Shown here: piece after piece, positions 46,771 to 57,247 of the stretch | How the letters are laid out: each line of letters starts with the position of its first letter | Position numbering within the stretch: position 1 is the stretch's first letter | Assembly (NCBI GenBank): GCA_017503005.1 | Contig: JAFVTW010000003.1 | Coordinates: 73,807-137,806, forward strand | Direction of reading: 5' to 3' | Origin: Clostridia bacterium | GTDB taxonomy: Bacteria; Bacillota; Clostridia; Christensenellales; UBA1242 | Length of the DNA: 64,000 nt | The notes under the pieces: generated by a model | Databases searched by the model: none | What the model saw: the letters and a program-made list of their open reading frames with translations, nothing else | What the model was told of the DNA's origin: nothing | Program-made: the position numbers and the translations under genes

Positions 46771-49461
46771 ATGAGTAATAAACCAGAAGAAAACAAACCA
46801 GAAAAAATCAAATGGTATGCTAAAAGTAGTGATTATGCTCTAAAAACATTAGACTCCAAAACAACAGGGTTGACCACAGCTCAAGCACAAGAAAGGTTGG
46901 AAAAATATGGCGAAAATGTTTTGCCACAGAAAAAACCAAAATCTATCTTTATGATGTTTTTTGAGGAAATCATAAATCCTATCGTGTTGATTTTGCTTGT
47001 AGCTATGGCATTTTCGCTAGTAGTAGGCGAAGTGTTAGATGCTTTTGTTATTTTGGCGATAGTCATGATAGATGCTATCATTGGTACCATTCAATCAAAG
47101 AGAGCAGAGCGAATAGCCAGCTCCTTAAGTGGTATGATAAAAGTAAAAACCAAAGTATTTAGAGACGAAGAGAAAATAGAAGTAGACTCTAGTCAACTAG
47201 TACCTGGTGATATCGTATTTTTGGAAAGTGGTGACAAGATTAGTGCAGATATGAGAATTATCACTTGTTCTAACTTTACCGTAGACGAAGCATTGCTTAC
47301 AGGTGAAAGTATAAATGCTACAAAAGATGAGACTGCAGTAAAAGAAGGTGCATCTTTAGGTGATAGAACTAGTATGGTATTCTCAGGTAGTTCTGTAATT
47401 ACAGGTAGAGCTACATGTGTGGTGGTTGGTACAGGTGTAGACACTGAGATTGGTAGTATTGCTACAAACCTTAATGAAGTAAAAGATGAAAAATCTCCAT
47501 TAAGTATAAGAATTAGCAAATTCTCTAAGCAAATTAGTGTACTTATTGTATTAGTTGCTGTAATCATATTTGTGATTATGTTACTTCAACAAAATCCACT
47601 AAAAGATATTTTCCTATGTGTAATAGCATTAGCAGTTTCAGCTATGCCAGAAGGTTTGCCACTAGCTGTAACAATGGCTCTTACAATTGCTTCTAACCGT
47701 ATGGGCAAAAACAATGTAGTAGTAAAACATCTAAATGCAGTAGAAAGTTTGGGTAGTTGTACTGTAATTGCTACCGATAAAACTGGCACACTTACACTAA
47801 ACGAACAAACAGCTAAACTTGTAGTATTGCCTTCAGGAAAAGAATATACAGTAGAAGGTAGTGGCTACAATGACAAAGGCAAAGTAAAATGTAGCGACAA
47901 AAATGATATTCAGTATTTAACAGAAATAGCTACTATGGGTACTATCAATAACGAAGCTACATTTGAGAAACATGACAACAAATACAATTGTTTCGGTGAC
48001 TCTATCGATATCGCATTCAAAGTATTGGGTGCAAAAATGAAAGTAAAAACCAAAGACTATCAAGTGGTACATCAAGTACCATATGAATCAGAAAACAAAT
48101 ACTCTGCAGTGTTCTTTGAGAATGAAGGAAAGAGATATGTTACTGTAAAGGGTAGTCTAGAAAAATTGTTAGAATTCTCTAACAAAATGAAAGAAAACGG
48201 AAAGAATGTAGATTTAGACACTCAAAAGATTTTAGCTCAAAACGAAGATTTGGCTAAGAGAGGTTACAGAGTAATCGCTTTAGGTTTAGGTAAAGCAAAC
48301 AAAAAGTCTACATACAGCGAAGAAGATATTAAGGATTTGAGTTTGATAGGTTTGGTTGCATTTATCGACCCTGTTAGACCAGAATCAAAAACAGCTATTG
48401 AAGAATGTAAAAATGCTGGTATCAAAGTAATAATGATTACAGGTGACCACCCACTTACAGCTTATTCTATAGCTAAAGATATCAAGATTGCAGAAAGTTA
48501 TGATGCAGTTGCTACTGGCAAACAAGTAGAAAATGCTTTTGAGAAAGGTGAACAATTCTTCGATGAATTTGTAAAAGGAAAAACAGTATTCTCTAGAGTT
48601 ACACCTACAGACAAATTAAATATTGTAAACTCTCTAAAGAGACAAGGCGAATTTGTAGCAGTTACTGGTGATGGTGTAAATGATAGTCCTGCTATCAAGA
48701 CAGCTCATATTGGTATAGCTATGGGTTCTGGTACAGATGTATCAAAAGAAACAGCAGACATGATTATTATGGACGACAACTTCAATTCTATTGTAAGTGG
48801 TGTCAAAGAAGGTAGATGTGCTTATGCAAATATTCGTAAGATTACATACTTCTTACTATCATGCTCAGTTGCAGAAGTGTTGTTCTTTATACTAGCACTT
48901 ATTTGTGGTGCTGGTACTCCACTACTTGCTATTCAATTGTTGTGGCTAAATGTTATCACTGATGGATTGCAAGATTTGTCATTATCATTAGAAAAACCAG
49001 AAAAAGATATAATGAACGAGAAGCCTCGTCCAACCAACGAATCGTTGTTTAGTAAATCAATGGTTGCTCAATGTTTGACTGCAGGTTTGACAATTGGTCT
49101 TACAGTATTTGGTGCTTGGATGATATTTACTCAAGCTTTACATTATGATTTGGTTGTGGCTAGAAGTTTGGTAATGGCACTTATGGTGTTCTTACAAAAC
49201 TTACATGCATTTAACTGTCGTAGTGAAAAACAATCTGTATTTAAAGTTTCAATTAAAACAAACTGGTTCTTTGCAGTATCTGTATTAGGTTCTATAGGAT
49301 TACAAATATTATTTATGGAAATTCCATTCCTAAGTCAATTCTTAGAATTAACTACAGTTCCATATATCGATGTAGTTATATTGTTAGTAATTGCATTTGT
49401 AATAGTTCTAGTTAGTGAATTGTATAAATTAAGACTTCGTCACAAAAGTTTAATAGCATAA
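46771..49461 (+). CDS. P-type cation-transporting ATPase (type IIA/Ca2+-like)
   Basis: DKTGTLT, TGDHPLTA, TGDGVNDSPA, PEGLP. 896 aa. Confidence 0.88.
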   Translation: MSNKPEENKPEKIKWYAKSSDYALKTLDSKTTGLTTAQAQERLEKYGENVLPQKKPKSIFMMFFEEIINPIVLILLVAMAFSLVVGEVLDAFVILAIVMIDAIIGTIQSKRAERIASSLSGMIKVKTKVFRDEEKIEVDSSQLVPGDIVFLESGDKISADMRIITCSNFTVDEALLTGESINATKDETAVKEGASLGDRTSMVFSGSSVITGRATCVVVGTGVDTEIGSIATNLNEVKDEKSPLSIRISKFSKQISVLIVLVAVIIFVIMLLQQNPLKDIFLCVIALAVSAMPEGLPLAVTMALTIASNRMGKNNVVVKHLNAVESLGSCTVIATDKTGTLTLNEQTAKLVVLPSGKEYTVEGSGYNDKGKVKCSDKNDIQYLTEIATMGTINNEATFEKHDNKYNCFGDSIDIAFKVLGAKMKVKTKDYQVVHQVPYESENKYSAVFFENEGKRYVTVKGSLEKLLEFSNKMKENGKNVDLDTQKILAQNEDLAKRGYRVIALGLGKANKKSTYSEEDIKDLSLIGLVAFIDPVRPESKTAIEECKNAGIKVIMITGDHPLTAYSIAKDIKIAESYDAVATGKQVENAFEKGEQFFDEFVKGKTVFSRVTPTDKLNIVNSLKRQGEFVAVTGDGVNDSPAIKTAHIGIAMGSGTDVSKETADMIIMDDNFNSIVSGVKEGRCAYANIRKITYFLLSCSVAEVLFFILALICGAGTPLLAIQLLWLNVITDGLQDLSLSLEKPEKDIMNEKPRPTNESLFSKSMVAQCLTAGLTIGLTVFGAWMIFTQALHYDLVVARSLVMALMVFLQNLHAFNCRSEKQSVFKVSIKTNWFFAVSVLGSIGLQILFMEIPFLSQFLELTTVPYIDVVILLVIAFVIVLVSELYKLRLRHKSLIA

Positions 49462-49472
49462 AAAACAAAAAA

Positions 49473-49503
49473 AGACACTTGAATTTATTTGAGTGTCTTT
49501 TTG
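49473..49503 (+). terminator. Rho-independent terminator
   Basis: Hairpin agacact/agtgtct followed by a T-run. Confidence 0.7.
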
Positions 49504-49659
49504 TGTATGAGAACAAATGAAATAAGTTTGTATAAATTAAAGCTGTATGATATACTTATTTGTGATATAAGTTTTTGTGTTGTATTACACTAAATATATT
49601 GTTTGTGACATAAACATATATTTGAACTACACAAAACCAGTTTTATGGAGGTTTTTATT

Positions 49660-50274
49660 GTGATAGAATTTAGACAACTTACAGTAGATGATGTAGAAGA
49701 ATTTAGTGCTTTAATCAAAAATATGTATGAGCACTTAGAAAATTTAGAGTGGTTTTCGCCTATGCCTTTCGACCATGATAATGTAAAGGGTATGATAGAA
49801 CATCCTAGATTTTATATAGTAGGTGCATTTGAAGATGGTGTGCTATGTGGTGTAACTTCACTAGATTACAAATGTGGTAAGCTTATAGGTAAGGTTGATT
49901 TCCCAGATTATTGCAATACCGATAGTTTGGTAGAGATAGGTTTCAATATGGTGCATAGCGACTATCGTGGTAGAGGTATAATGAAACAAATGGTATCTCA
50001 CATTTTGGAGAAAGTAAAATTAGACGGATTTGGTTGGGCTTTTGCTAAAGTGCATAAAGACAATTTTGCAAGTTCAAAATCTTTAATCAAAAACGGATTT
50101 GAAATTTTTGCTGATTACCACAAGCCTGTTAAGGTTAGTGAATTCGTAGACTTGTCTAGTCAACCATTCTTTAGTCCTGTGGGTAAAGAGAATGCTAAAC
50201 AATCTTTGGCTAGAGTAAAAGATGGTGATGAAAACCTGATAGTAGAATACGACTTGTTGATAAAGACAATGTAA
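49660..50274 (+). CDS. GNAT-family N-acetyltransferase
   Basis: HSDYRGRGIMKQMV matches the acetyl-CoA motif. GTG 49660 is 8 nt after GGAGG; the alternative ATG 49645 has no RBS. Confidence 0.7.
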   Translation: MIEFRQLTVDDVEEFSALIKNMYEHLENLEWFSPMPFDHDNVKGMIEHPRFYIVGAFEDGVLCGVTSLDYKCGKLIGKVDFPDYCNTDSLVEIGFNMVHSDYRGRGIMKQMVSHILEKVKLDGFGWAFAKVHKDNFASSKSLIKNGFEIFADYHKPVKVSEFVDLSSQPFFSPVGKENAKQSLARVKDGDENLIVEYDLLIKTM

Positions 50275-50280
50275 TACTCA

Positions 50281-50307
50281 AACTCTCTATTTATTAGAGA
50301 GTTTTTT
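50281..50307 (+). terminator. Rho-independent terminator
   Basis: Hairpin aactctct/agagagtt followed by a T-run. Confidence 0.75.
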
Positions 50308-50359
50308 GTTTTTGTATCAATAATGATTTAATAAAGTTTTTTGTTTGTGGTATTATCAA

Positions 50360-51550
50360 ATGGATAAAGGCGGAATAATTGTGAACAAAACAAATTTAAT
50401 CTTTTTACATAAATTTTTTAAAGCTATAGCAAATAGTATTATACAGGTATTTATACCATTGTATATATTGAAGGTTACAGGCAGTTTGATGTTGGCTATG
50501 GTATATTTGACCATATACACATGTTTTGTAATGTTCTTTATTTTTGTTTTGAGAAAGTTTATACAGAAGTTTGGTGTACTGGCTATAATGTTGCACTTTA
50601 TTCCTATTATTGTGACAGAAGCTCTTATATCATTTTGTACGATTGACTTTGGTATAGTGTTTTTGTGTGCATTCTTTATGGGTATTAGTCAGGGGCTGTA
50701 TTCAGTTCCTATCAATTTGATATTTGCTTTTAGCGACAAGCATACAAATGTGGCAAAATTTCAAATACCATCAAATATAGGTAAGTTGAGTTTTGTGCTT
50801 ATAAGTGGTTTTGTGTTGTCTAGTACAATCGAAAACAACTTTTTGATAATGAGTGTGCTTTCTATAGTATTTTATGTATTGTCAGTTATACCTATTATGT
50901 ATGCTTATAAGATGTTAAAAGAGCATTATCAAGAGAAGGTGCAATTAGTCCATCAACCTACCAAGACACCTTTGTATAAAAATTTTAAATGGTTTCATGT
51001 AGGTTTTGGTTGTTTTCAGGCATGTATGGATAACTGTATTCCACTATATTTGTATGTAAACAATTTAAGTTTTCAAGCAGTAACTATAGTGATAGCACTT
51101 ATAGAATTGCTTAAAATATTTGCCAACTACTTTGCCAAGTATTTGGTGGGCAAAGGGAAACAAAAATTGTGTTGTATGGTAGGTTGTGTAGTATACTTTG
51201 TATCGCTACTAGGATTGATGCTATTTAGAATACCAGAACTATTGTATGTATTTAGTTGTTTGTCTGCTGTTTCATTCCCACTTACATTTGTTCCTATGTT
51301 TAAGATGTATTGCAACTATTTGTCTAGCACAAATAATGTATTTGATGGGTTAGTGTATAGGGATTTAGATATATTTTCGGTTAGACCCATAATGTATGCA
51401 CTTGCATTTATGGGTGTCGGGTTGTGGCCATGTTTGGTTGTAGGATTGGTGTCTACGGTGTCAATGTTGGCTAGTGAAATATGTGTAATGAAACAAAAAA
51501 GTGTAGAAGACAATATATTTAATGTTGTTGTAGAAGGGGAAAATAAATGA
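50360..51550 (+). CDS. Polytopic membrane protein (MFS-like transporter)
   Basis: About 10-12 hydrophobic segments. Start is uncertain (TTG 50345, ATG 50360 or GTG 50381). TGA stop overlaps the next ATG. Confidence 0.55.
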   Translation: MDKGGIIVNKTNLIFLHKFFKAIANSIIQVFIPLYILKVTGSLMLAMVYLTIYTCFVMFFIFVLRKFIQKFGVLAIMLHFIPIIVTEALISFCTIDFGIVFLCAFFMGISQGLYSVPINLIFAFSDKHTNVAKFQIPSNIGKLSFVLISGFVLSSTIENNFLIMSVLSIVFYVLSVIPIMYAYKMLKEHYQEKVQLVHQPTKTPLYKNFKWFHVGFGCFQACMDNCIPLYLYVNNLSFQAVTIVIALIELLKIFANYFAKYLVGKGKQKLCCMVGCVVYFVSLLGLMLFRIPELLYVFSCLSAVSFPLTFVPMFKMYCNYLSSTNNVFDGLVYRDLDIFSVRPIMYALAFMGVGLWPCLVVGLVSTVSMLASEICVMKQKSVEDNIFNVVVEGENK

Positions 51551-51918
51551 AAGCAGTAATTAGACAAGAAGACTGGAGCAAGGGTAAAGTTGTAAAAACT
51601 CAAAAGTTTGAGTACGACATAGTACTTAACAAAAGGGTAGAGGTTGCATATAGAGATGCTTATGAAACACAGGTGTTTGATGATGAAACAAGGAATTTTA
51701 CATACAAAGAGCTATTGTTGGCTTTTACTCCTGTAGATTCTTATGATGGTAATGTTGTATTTTTGTTTGAAGGTGAAGCAGTTTGTGATAGTTATGTAGA
51801 CAACGATATTAAATTTGTAGCATCTGCTTTTGCAAGAGTGAGTGTAGGTGGAATGGGTGAAATGAGAACCAATACTCTAGATAGTGGTTCTACATTCTAT
51901 TTTACTTTGGTTGATTAG
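51547..51918 (+). CDS. Hypothetical protein (123 aa)
   Basis: ATGA overlap with the upstream gene. RBS AAGGGGA. Confidence 0.55.
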   Translation: MKAVIRQEDWSKGKVVKTQKFEYDIVLNKRVEVAYRDAYETQVFDDETRNFTYKELLLAFTPVDSYDGNVVFLFEGEAVCDSYVDNDIKFVASAFARVSVGGMGEMRTNTLDSGSTFYFTLVD

Positions 51919-51933
51919 TATTTTGAGGTGCTT

Positions 51934-52947
51934 ATGAAAAAGTATTTGGTTACAGGTGGTGCTGGATTTATCGGGTCTAATTTTATAAGATACATTTTAG
52001 ATAAATATGATGATGTATTTGTTGTAAATTTAGATAAATTAACTTATGCTGGTAATTTAAACAACTTAAAAGAATTTGAAAATAATCCTAATCACAAATT
52101 AGTGGTGGGGGATATTTGTGATAGAGAGATTGTTTCAAAATTGTTTATGGAATACAACTTTGATTTTGTAGTAAATTTCGCTGCAGAAAGTGATGTTGAC
52201 AAAAGCTTTTGTAATGCGGACGATTTTATCAGGACAAATGTATTAGGAACTCAAAATCTGCTTAATTGTGCCAAAGAATGTTGGTTAAATGATGGCAAGT
52301 GGAAGAAAGGTGTTAAATTTTTACAAGTTTCTTCTGATGAAGTGTATGGTATGCTGGATTTGGATGATAGTCAATTTTTTGAGTGTACACCACTAAATCC
52401 CCAAAATCCGTATGCTGTTACCAAGGCTACTGCTGATGTAATGGTAAAAGAATATTTTGTCGATTATGGTATGCCTGTAAATATTACAAGATGTTCAAAT
52501 AATTTTGGACCTAATCAACATACAGAAAAGCTTATTCCGTTGACTATATCTAAATGTTTTGATTTAGCACAAATTCCTATACATGGCACTGGCGAGAATA
52601 TTAGGGACTGGATATATGTGTTAGACCATTGTAGAGCTATCGATTTAGTTTTGACAAAAGGTGTGGCTGGAGAAGTGTACAATGTGGGAGCTCACAATGA
52701 GAAAACCAACATTTTTGTGGTGAATGAAATTATTAAGTATTTACACGACAATTATGATAAGAAAATTAGTAAAAAACTAATTACTTTTGTACAAGATAGA
52801 AAGGTAAATGACTTAAGATATTCTATAAATTTCGATAAAATAAAAAATGATTTGGGTTATACCCCTAGTGTTACATTTGAAGATGGACTAAAAACTACTT
52901 TAGACTGGTATATTTCTAATATTGACTGGCTAAAAACTGTAAAGTAG
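51934..52947 (+). CDS. rfbB: dTDP-glucose 4,6-dehydratase
   Basis: GGAGFIGSNF, SSDEVYG, YAVTKA (YxxxK). ATG 51934 follows GAGGTG. Confidence 0.85.
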   Translation: MKKYLVTGGAGFIGSNFIRYILDKYDDVFVVNLDKLTYAGNLNNLKEFENNPNHKLVVGDICDREIVSKLFMEYNFDFVVNFAAESDVDKSFCNADDFIRTNVLGTQNLLNCAKECWLNDGKWKKGVKFLQVSSDEVYGMLDLDDSQFFECTPLNPQNPYAVTKATADVMVKEYFVDYGMPVNITRCSNNFGPNQHTEKLIPLTISKCFDLAQIPIHGTGENIRDWIYVLDHCRAIDLVLTKGVAGEVYNVGAHNEKTNIFVVNEIIKYLHDNYDKKISKKLITFVQDRKVNDLRYSINFDKIKNDLGYTPSVTFEDGLKTTLDWYISNIDWLKTVK

Positions 52948-53008
52948 ACCACTATTGCAAATGTTAATGTTTCGTGGTATACTAAAATAAGAATTGTGGG
53001 GTGATGAT

Positions 53009-53635
53009 ATGGATATAACTACAAATCTTGTTCCAGTTACTGCGACACAATATGCAAAAAGATATGAGAGCTACTCATATTTTGAGGATAGTAGAAGACA
53101 TGTGTCATTATATATATTGCCTAATGGCGATATTTTGGACTGTAGATTTCCTAAAGATGTAAAGCATATAGGAATTACAGATATGATATATGGTAATTTT
53201 GCAAAGGTTCGCGAACTAGACAAACAAAATGAATTAAGGTTAGATACTTCTGCACTAAACAAATATAATGTAAAAGAAATATCACTAAAGAGTGTACAAG
53301 ATGCACTTATTAGAAATACCGGTGTGTGTGCTCGTAATCCACAACACTCAAAAGAAGTGCTTATGTTACATGAGTTTTTGTCTGATGATGATTTGTTGGT
53401 ACATGATTTGGGCTATGTGAAGTTTTTGATTATGGGCAGAGGAGATTTGCATATTACTTTACCTAATAGAAGCATCAATGGTAAATATGCTAAAGGTATG
53501 CAATTAGATACAATCAAAGATATAGCATCATTATGTGGTGCCCACAATGTAGAAGATATTATTGAAGAACAAAGAAGAGAAAGTGCTAGAGTTTCTAGAA
53601 TATTAGAAAATTTAGCTCCGGAACTAAAAAGATAA
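53009..53635 (+). CDS. Hypothetical protein
   Basis: ORF with RBS GGGGTG; terminator downstream. Confidence 0.55.
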   Translation: MDITTNLVPVTATQYAKRYESYSYFEDSRRHVSLYILPNGDILDCRFPKDVKHIGITDMIYGNFAKVRELDKQNELRLDTSALNKYNVKEISLKSVQDALIRNTGVCARNPQHSKEVLMLHEFLSDDDLLVHDLGYVKFLIMGRGDLHITLPNRSINGKYAKGMQLDTIKDIASLCGAHNVEDIIEEQRRESARVSRILENLAPELKR

Positions 53636-53692
53636 GAAGATAAGGGTAATTTATTTTGCCCTTATTTTTTGTTGTATGATATACTAGGGTAT

Positions 53693-54187
53693 ATGGGAAA
53701 CAATATAGACATTGTAGAATTTAATAAAAATCATACAGAAGCAGTCAAAGATTTGCTAGTGGAACTACAAGAGTACATAGCTAGTATCGATAAGTTTAAG
53801 TTAAACATACTTACAGATGAGTATCGTGACAGATATTTTGAGCTGACTATGGAAGAAGTATATTCTAATCAAGGCAAAATATTTGTGGCAACCAACAACG
53901 ACTGTGTAGTAGGAATGGTTGCAGGGTACAAGGTGAGCTATACTGTAGATGACCAGATAGACTACAAATGCCCACCTAAAGGTATGATAAGTGAACTTAT
54001 AGTTAGCAAAAATCAAAGAGGTGGCGGAGTGGGTAAGCAGCTTATGTCTCAAATGGAAAAATATCTAACAGATATTGGTTGTGAGTACATCAAATTGCAG
54101 GTGTTTGCATATAATCAAATTGCTTATGATTTTTACAAGAACTTGGGTTATGAGCCTGTGCTTATAGATATGTTAAAGAAAGTTTAG
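53693..54187 (+). CDS. GNAT-family N-acetyltransferase
   Basis: QRGGGVGKQLM matches the acetyl-CoA motif. Confidence 0.7.
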   Translation: MGNNIDIVEFNKNHTEAVKDLLVELQEYIASIDKFKLNILTDEYRDRYFELTMEEVYSNQGKIFVATNNDCVVGMVAGYKVSYTVDDQIDYKCPPKGMISELIVSKNQRGGGVGKQLMSQMEKYLTDIGCEYIKLQVFAYNQIAYDFYKNLGYEPVLIDMLKKV

Positions 54188-54196
54188 AGGTGCTAT

Positions 54197-54934
54197 ATGA
54201 AAGCTATATATTTGACTAGTAATGTAGGTAGTTATCAAAAAGTTAATGGTAAGATGATATCTACACCTATGAATAACGAAAATGGATTTGTAGATAATCT
54301 AAAAAAAGATTTGCCAGAAGAAATTAATTTTACATTTGTGGCTAGTTCACCTAGTAAGGTGGAGATTACTGATATGTTTGCTACATTAGTAAAACAAGCA
54401 TTTGAGCTAGATGGTTTTGTGGTTAAAGAATTTAATGTGATACACGATGGGTTTAAGGGCGATATCGCCAAAACTATTTTAAATTCTGATGTGGTTTTTT
54501 TGAGTGGTGGTCATGTAGGTACTCAAAATCAGTTTTTTAAAGATATTAAATTGTCATATATTTTGTTAAAATATAAGGGTGTACTTATAGGACAAAGTGC
54601 TGGTAGTATGAATTCTAGTGTGGAAGTGTATGATCAGCCTGTAACAGAAGAAGAATTCTATGATCCTAATTTCAAAGTGCTAAAGAAAGGTTTGGGTCTT
54701 ACTAATATAAAAGTAATGCCACATATGAATATGGCTAAGGAAGAAGAATTGTGTGGAATGACTACTTACGAACTATGTCTAAAAGATAGTAAAACTATAC
54801 CACATTATGGCATTGTAGATGGCGGATATATAAAAATTGTAGACAACAAAGCATGTGCTTATGGCCTAACTACATACTTCTATGATGGTAAAGAAACCAT
54901 TATTTGTAATCAAAATGACAAGAAAATGCTATAA
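54197..54934 (+). CDS. Peptidase S51 (dipeptidase E)-like protein
   Basis: FLSGGH and GQSAGSM (nucleophile elbow). RBS AGAGGTG. Confidence 0.65.
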   Translation: MKAIYLTSNVGSYQKVNGKMISTPMNNENGFVDNLKKDLPEEINFTFVASSPSKVEITDMFATLVKQAFELDGFVVKEFNVIHDGFKGDIAKTILNSDVVFLSGGHVGTQNQFFKDIKLSYILLKYKGVLIGQSAGSMNSSVEVYDQPVTEEEFYDPNFKVLKKGLGLTNIKVMPHMNMAKEEELCGMTTYELCLKDSKTIPHYGIVDGGYIKIVDNKACAYGLTTYFYDGKETIICNQNDKKML

Positions 54935-54991
54935 TATATGGTTAAAATAACCAAAAATATGTAAATTTTTTAAAAATAATTAAATTTAGTA

Positions 54992-55020
54992 TTGCTTTTT
55001 AGAATTTTATGTGATAGTAT
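54992..55020 (+). promoter_or_regulatory. Putative sigma-A promoter of the tspO leader
   Basis: TTGCTT-N17-TAGTAT, with TGA immediately upstream of the -10 (extended -10). Confidence 0.45.
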
Positions 55021-55388
55021 ACTTGAAATATTTCTCACTTAAATGAGATGTATTTCATCTGACCGAACAACAACATCATATTGTATTATATGTTACCTCT
55101 ACCTTGTTGAAATACTTGGATATGTAAGTTGACCATGGTTATAGATGTCGACGGTAATAGTCACAACCAATCTGACTGGATTTATCCTAAATGAAATATT
55201 GATTACCCAATAAAATTTCATTATCTTTAATAAGTTTAAGTAATTATTAAAGTTAGCTTGTAAGAGCATGTTTGGTTGTCAAGGCAAAATTAAATCGCTT
55301 TTGCTTTATAATATTTTACTTACATAATTTATTATAAGATTTTAGAACAAAGATAAGAAAATTATATGGTATATGCGTTTGTTCATTA

Positions 55389-55420
55389 AGAGAAGTTTCG
55401 GCTTCTCTTTTTTTTGTTTT
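55389..55420 (+). terminator. Intrinsic terminator inside the tspO leader (candidate attenuator)
   Basis: Hairpin agagaag/cttctct followed by T7-G-T4, about 40 nt upstream of the tspO ATG. Confidence 0.7.
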
Positions 55421-55458
55421 TTAGTAATAATTGGTGTTTGTTTTGCATAATATATGGT

Positions 55459-55920
55459 ATGAAAACAAAAACATCAAAGATTATTATTTCAATTATTTCT
55501 GTACTAGTGGTGGCAGGATTAGGTTCACTATTTGTAAATTTGGGCATGGACTGGTTCAACAGTCTAGCAAAGCCTAGCCAGTGGATATACAATTTTATTA
55601 TACCTATAATGTGGACCATTATCTATTTGGCAACCTGTGTGGTGCTGTATTTGTGGATATCAAATGGTGACATTTCTACAAAAGTTGCGGTTCTGTTTGT
55701 TATAAATGGAATTTTGAATGTATTGTGGTGTTTGATATTTTTTACAATGCACCTAACATTCTTGGGTAATGTGGTTATAGTTGCCAATACGATATTTGCT
55801 GTTGTTTTGTTGTATCAAATATTTAAGTATAACGAATTCTACGGATATTTGTTGTCAATCTATCCTATTTGGCTTTGTTTAGCCACTACACTAAATCTAG
55901 CTTGTTGGATTTTGAATTAA
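55459..55920 (+). CDS. tspO: TspO/MBR tryptophan-rich sensory protein
   Basis: MDWFNSLAKPSQW, five TM segments, Trp-rich. The first 15 codons of the track ORF overlap the terminator, so ATG 55459 is preferred. Confidence 0.8.
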   Translation: MKTKTSKIIISIISVLVVAGLGSLFVNLGMDWFNSLAKPSQWIYNFIIPIMWTIIYLATCVVLYLWISNGDISTKVAVLFVINGILNVLWCLIFFTMHLTFLGNVVIVANTIFAVVLLYQIFKYNEFYGYLLSIYPIWLCLATTLNLACWILN

Positions 55921-56004
55921 AGATGGGTCTTGCCATCTTTTTTTGTATATTATTTTCGTTATATCACAAACTAAGGTATATAAATTTATGTTTAGGGGGA
56001 TATA

Positions 56005-56601
56005 ATGAAACTTAAAGACAGCCAAACTTATTTAAATTTAGCTAGAGCTTATGCTGCCGAATGTCAAGCTAGGACCAGGTACGAATTTGTAGAGTATGGT
56101 TTTAGATACAATGGGTATGAGGCTATAGCACAAACAATAGACAAGATTGCTTATCAGGAATTTAATCATGCTAGAATGTTGTATACTTTTATTCAAGATG
56201 CAGAAGTTGATCAGGTAGACAATATTGATATTTGTGCAGGATTTCCATTCAAGCAAAAATGGGAGCTAGCAGACAATCTTAAATTGCTTGCCGAAGACGA
56301 AGAAGACGAGGCTGATGCTTATGCAAAATTTATAGATACAGCTAATGCAGAGGGCTTTGTGGAAATTGCTAAATTGTTTGAAAACATTAGAAATGTAGAG
56401 ATTATGCATGCCAAAGTGTTCAAAGAATTGTACAATCAGTTTAGTAGTGGCGAACTATACAAAAAGGATACAGAAACCATATGGTATTGTCCTGCTTGTG
56501 GATACTTTGAAGTGGGCAAAGAAGCATGGGAGACCTGTCCACTTTGTGAGGCTAAACAGGGTGTATGTAATGTGGTAATGCCAGAAGGGTATATAATCTA
56601 G
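56005..56601 (+). CDS. rbr: Rubrerythrin
   Basis: Ferritin-like ExxH motifs (QEFNHARM, VEIMHAKV) and C-terminal rubredoxin-like CPACGY...CPLCEA. Confidence 0.85.
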   Translation: MKLKDSQTYLNLARAYAAECQARTRYEFVEYGFRYNGYEAIAQTIDKIAYQEFNHARMLYTFIQDAEVDQVDNIDICAGFPFKQKWELADNLKLLAEDEEDEADAYAKFIDTANAEGFVEIAKLFENIRNVEIMHAKVFKELYNQFSSGELYKKDTETIWYCPACGYFEVGKEAWETCPLCEAKQGVCNVVMPEGYII

Positions 56602-56744
56602 TCGAATAAAGAAATCAACCTAAAGAATATGGGTTGATTTTTTTGTTGTATATATATAATTATATAAATAAATTACACTTATGCTTTGTTTTATGTTTTG
56701 TGGTTTTAGTAAATATATGATATAATTTGAATTAGGAAATTATT

Positions 56745-57236
56745 ATGGAAAAAATAAAAATAACAACTAAAAATGTTAATACCCCTGTCTCACATAATAT
56801 AACAAACGATTATGGGTCTATTGAATATGGTGAGCCTATTATTAAAACCGGAAAAATACAAATGTATGGAAATAATATTGCAAAAAATTATAACCCTTTA
56901 ACTTGTTGTTTTAATAGTTTTAATAATAAATGTTTTTTGTGCGGTTCACTATGTTATTGGAAAGGACAAAAAGTTTATAACAATACTTCTTGTAAGTTTT
57001 TTAATGTTAAGCGACATGCAGATATTACTTTTTTGAAACGAAAAATATTTAGAGATGTTTTATTTGATAGATTGTGTAGTGTTGATAAAGAGAATGTAAA
57101 ACAGGAGGTTGCGGCAGATATAAAAAAAATCAATAATGGAACTCCGTTATTTAATTTAAAAAACTATAAATTTATATTAAATAAAATCGTTGGAAATAAA
57201 ATGATATTAAAAAAGAGGAATAGACATAAAAGGTAA
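56745..57236 (+). CDS. Hypothetical Cys-rich basic protein
   Basis: ORF with RBS AGGAAA. CCFNSFNNKCFLCGSLCYW cluster and a Lys/Arg-rich tail. Confidence 0.45.
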   Translation: MEKIKITTKNVNTPVSHNITNDYGSIEYGEPIIKTGKIQMYGNNIAKNYNPLTCCFNSFNNKCFLCGSLCYWKGQKVYNNTSCKFFNVKRHADITFLKRKIFRDVLFDRLCSVDKENVKQEVAADIKKINNGTPLFNLKNYKFILNKIVGNKMILKKRNRHKR

Positions 57237-57247
57237 ATTTTGGTTTT

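Noticed and set aside
55330-55420. T-box riboswitch upstream of tspO (AAATTATATGGTATATGCG vaguely resembles the T-box AAnnnGGGTGGTACCGCG)
   Set aside because: The core GGTGGTACC is not conserved. I could not identify Stem I GA/K-turn or specifier-loop features. tspO is also not an amino-acid gene.
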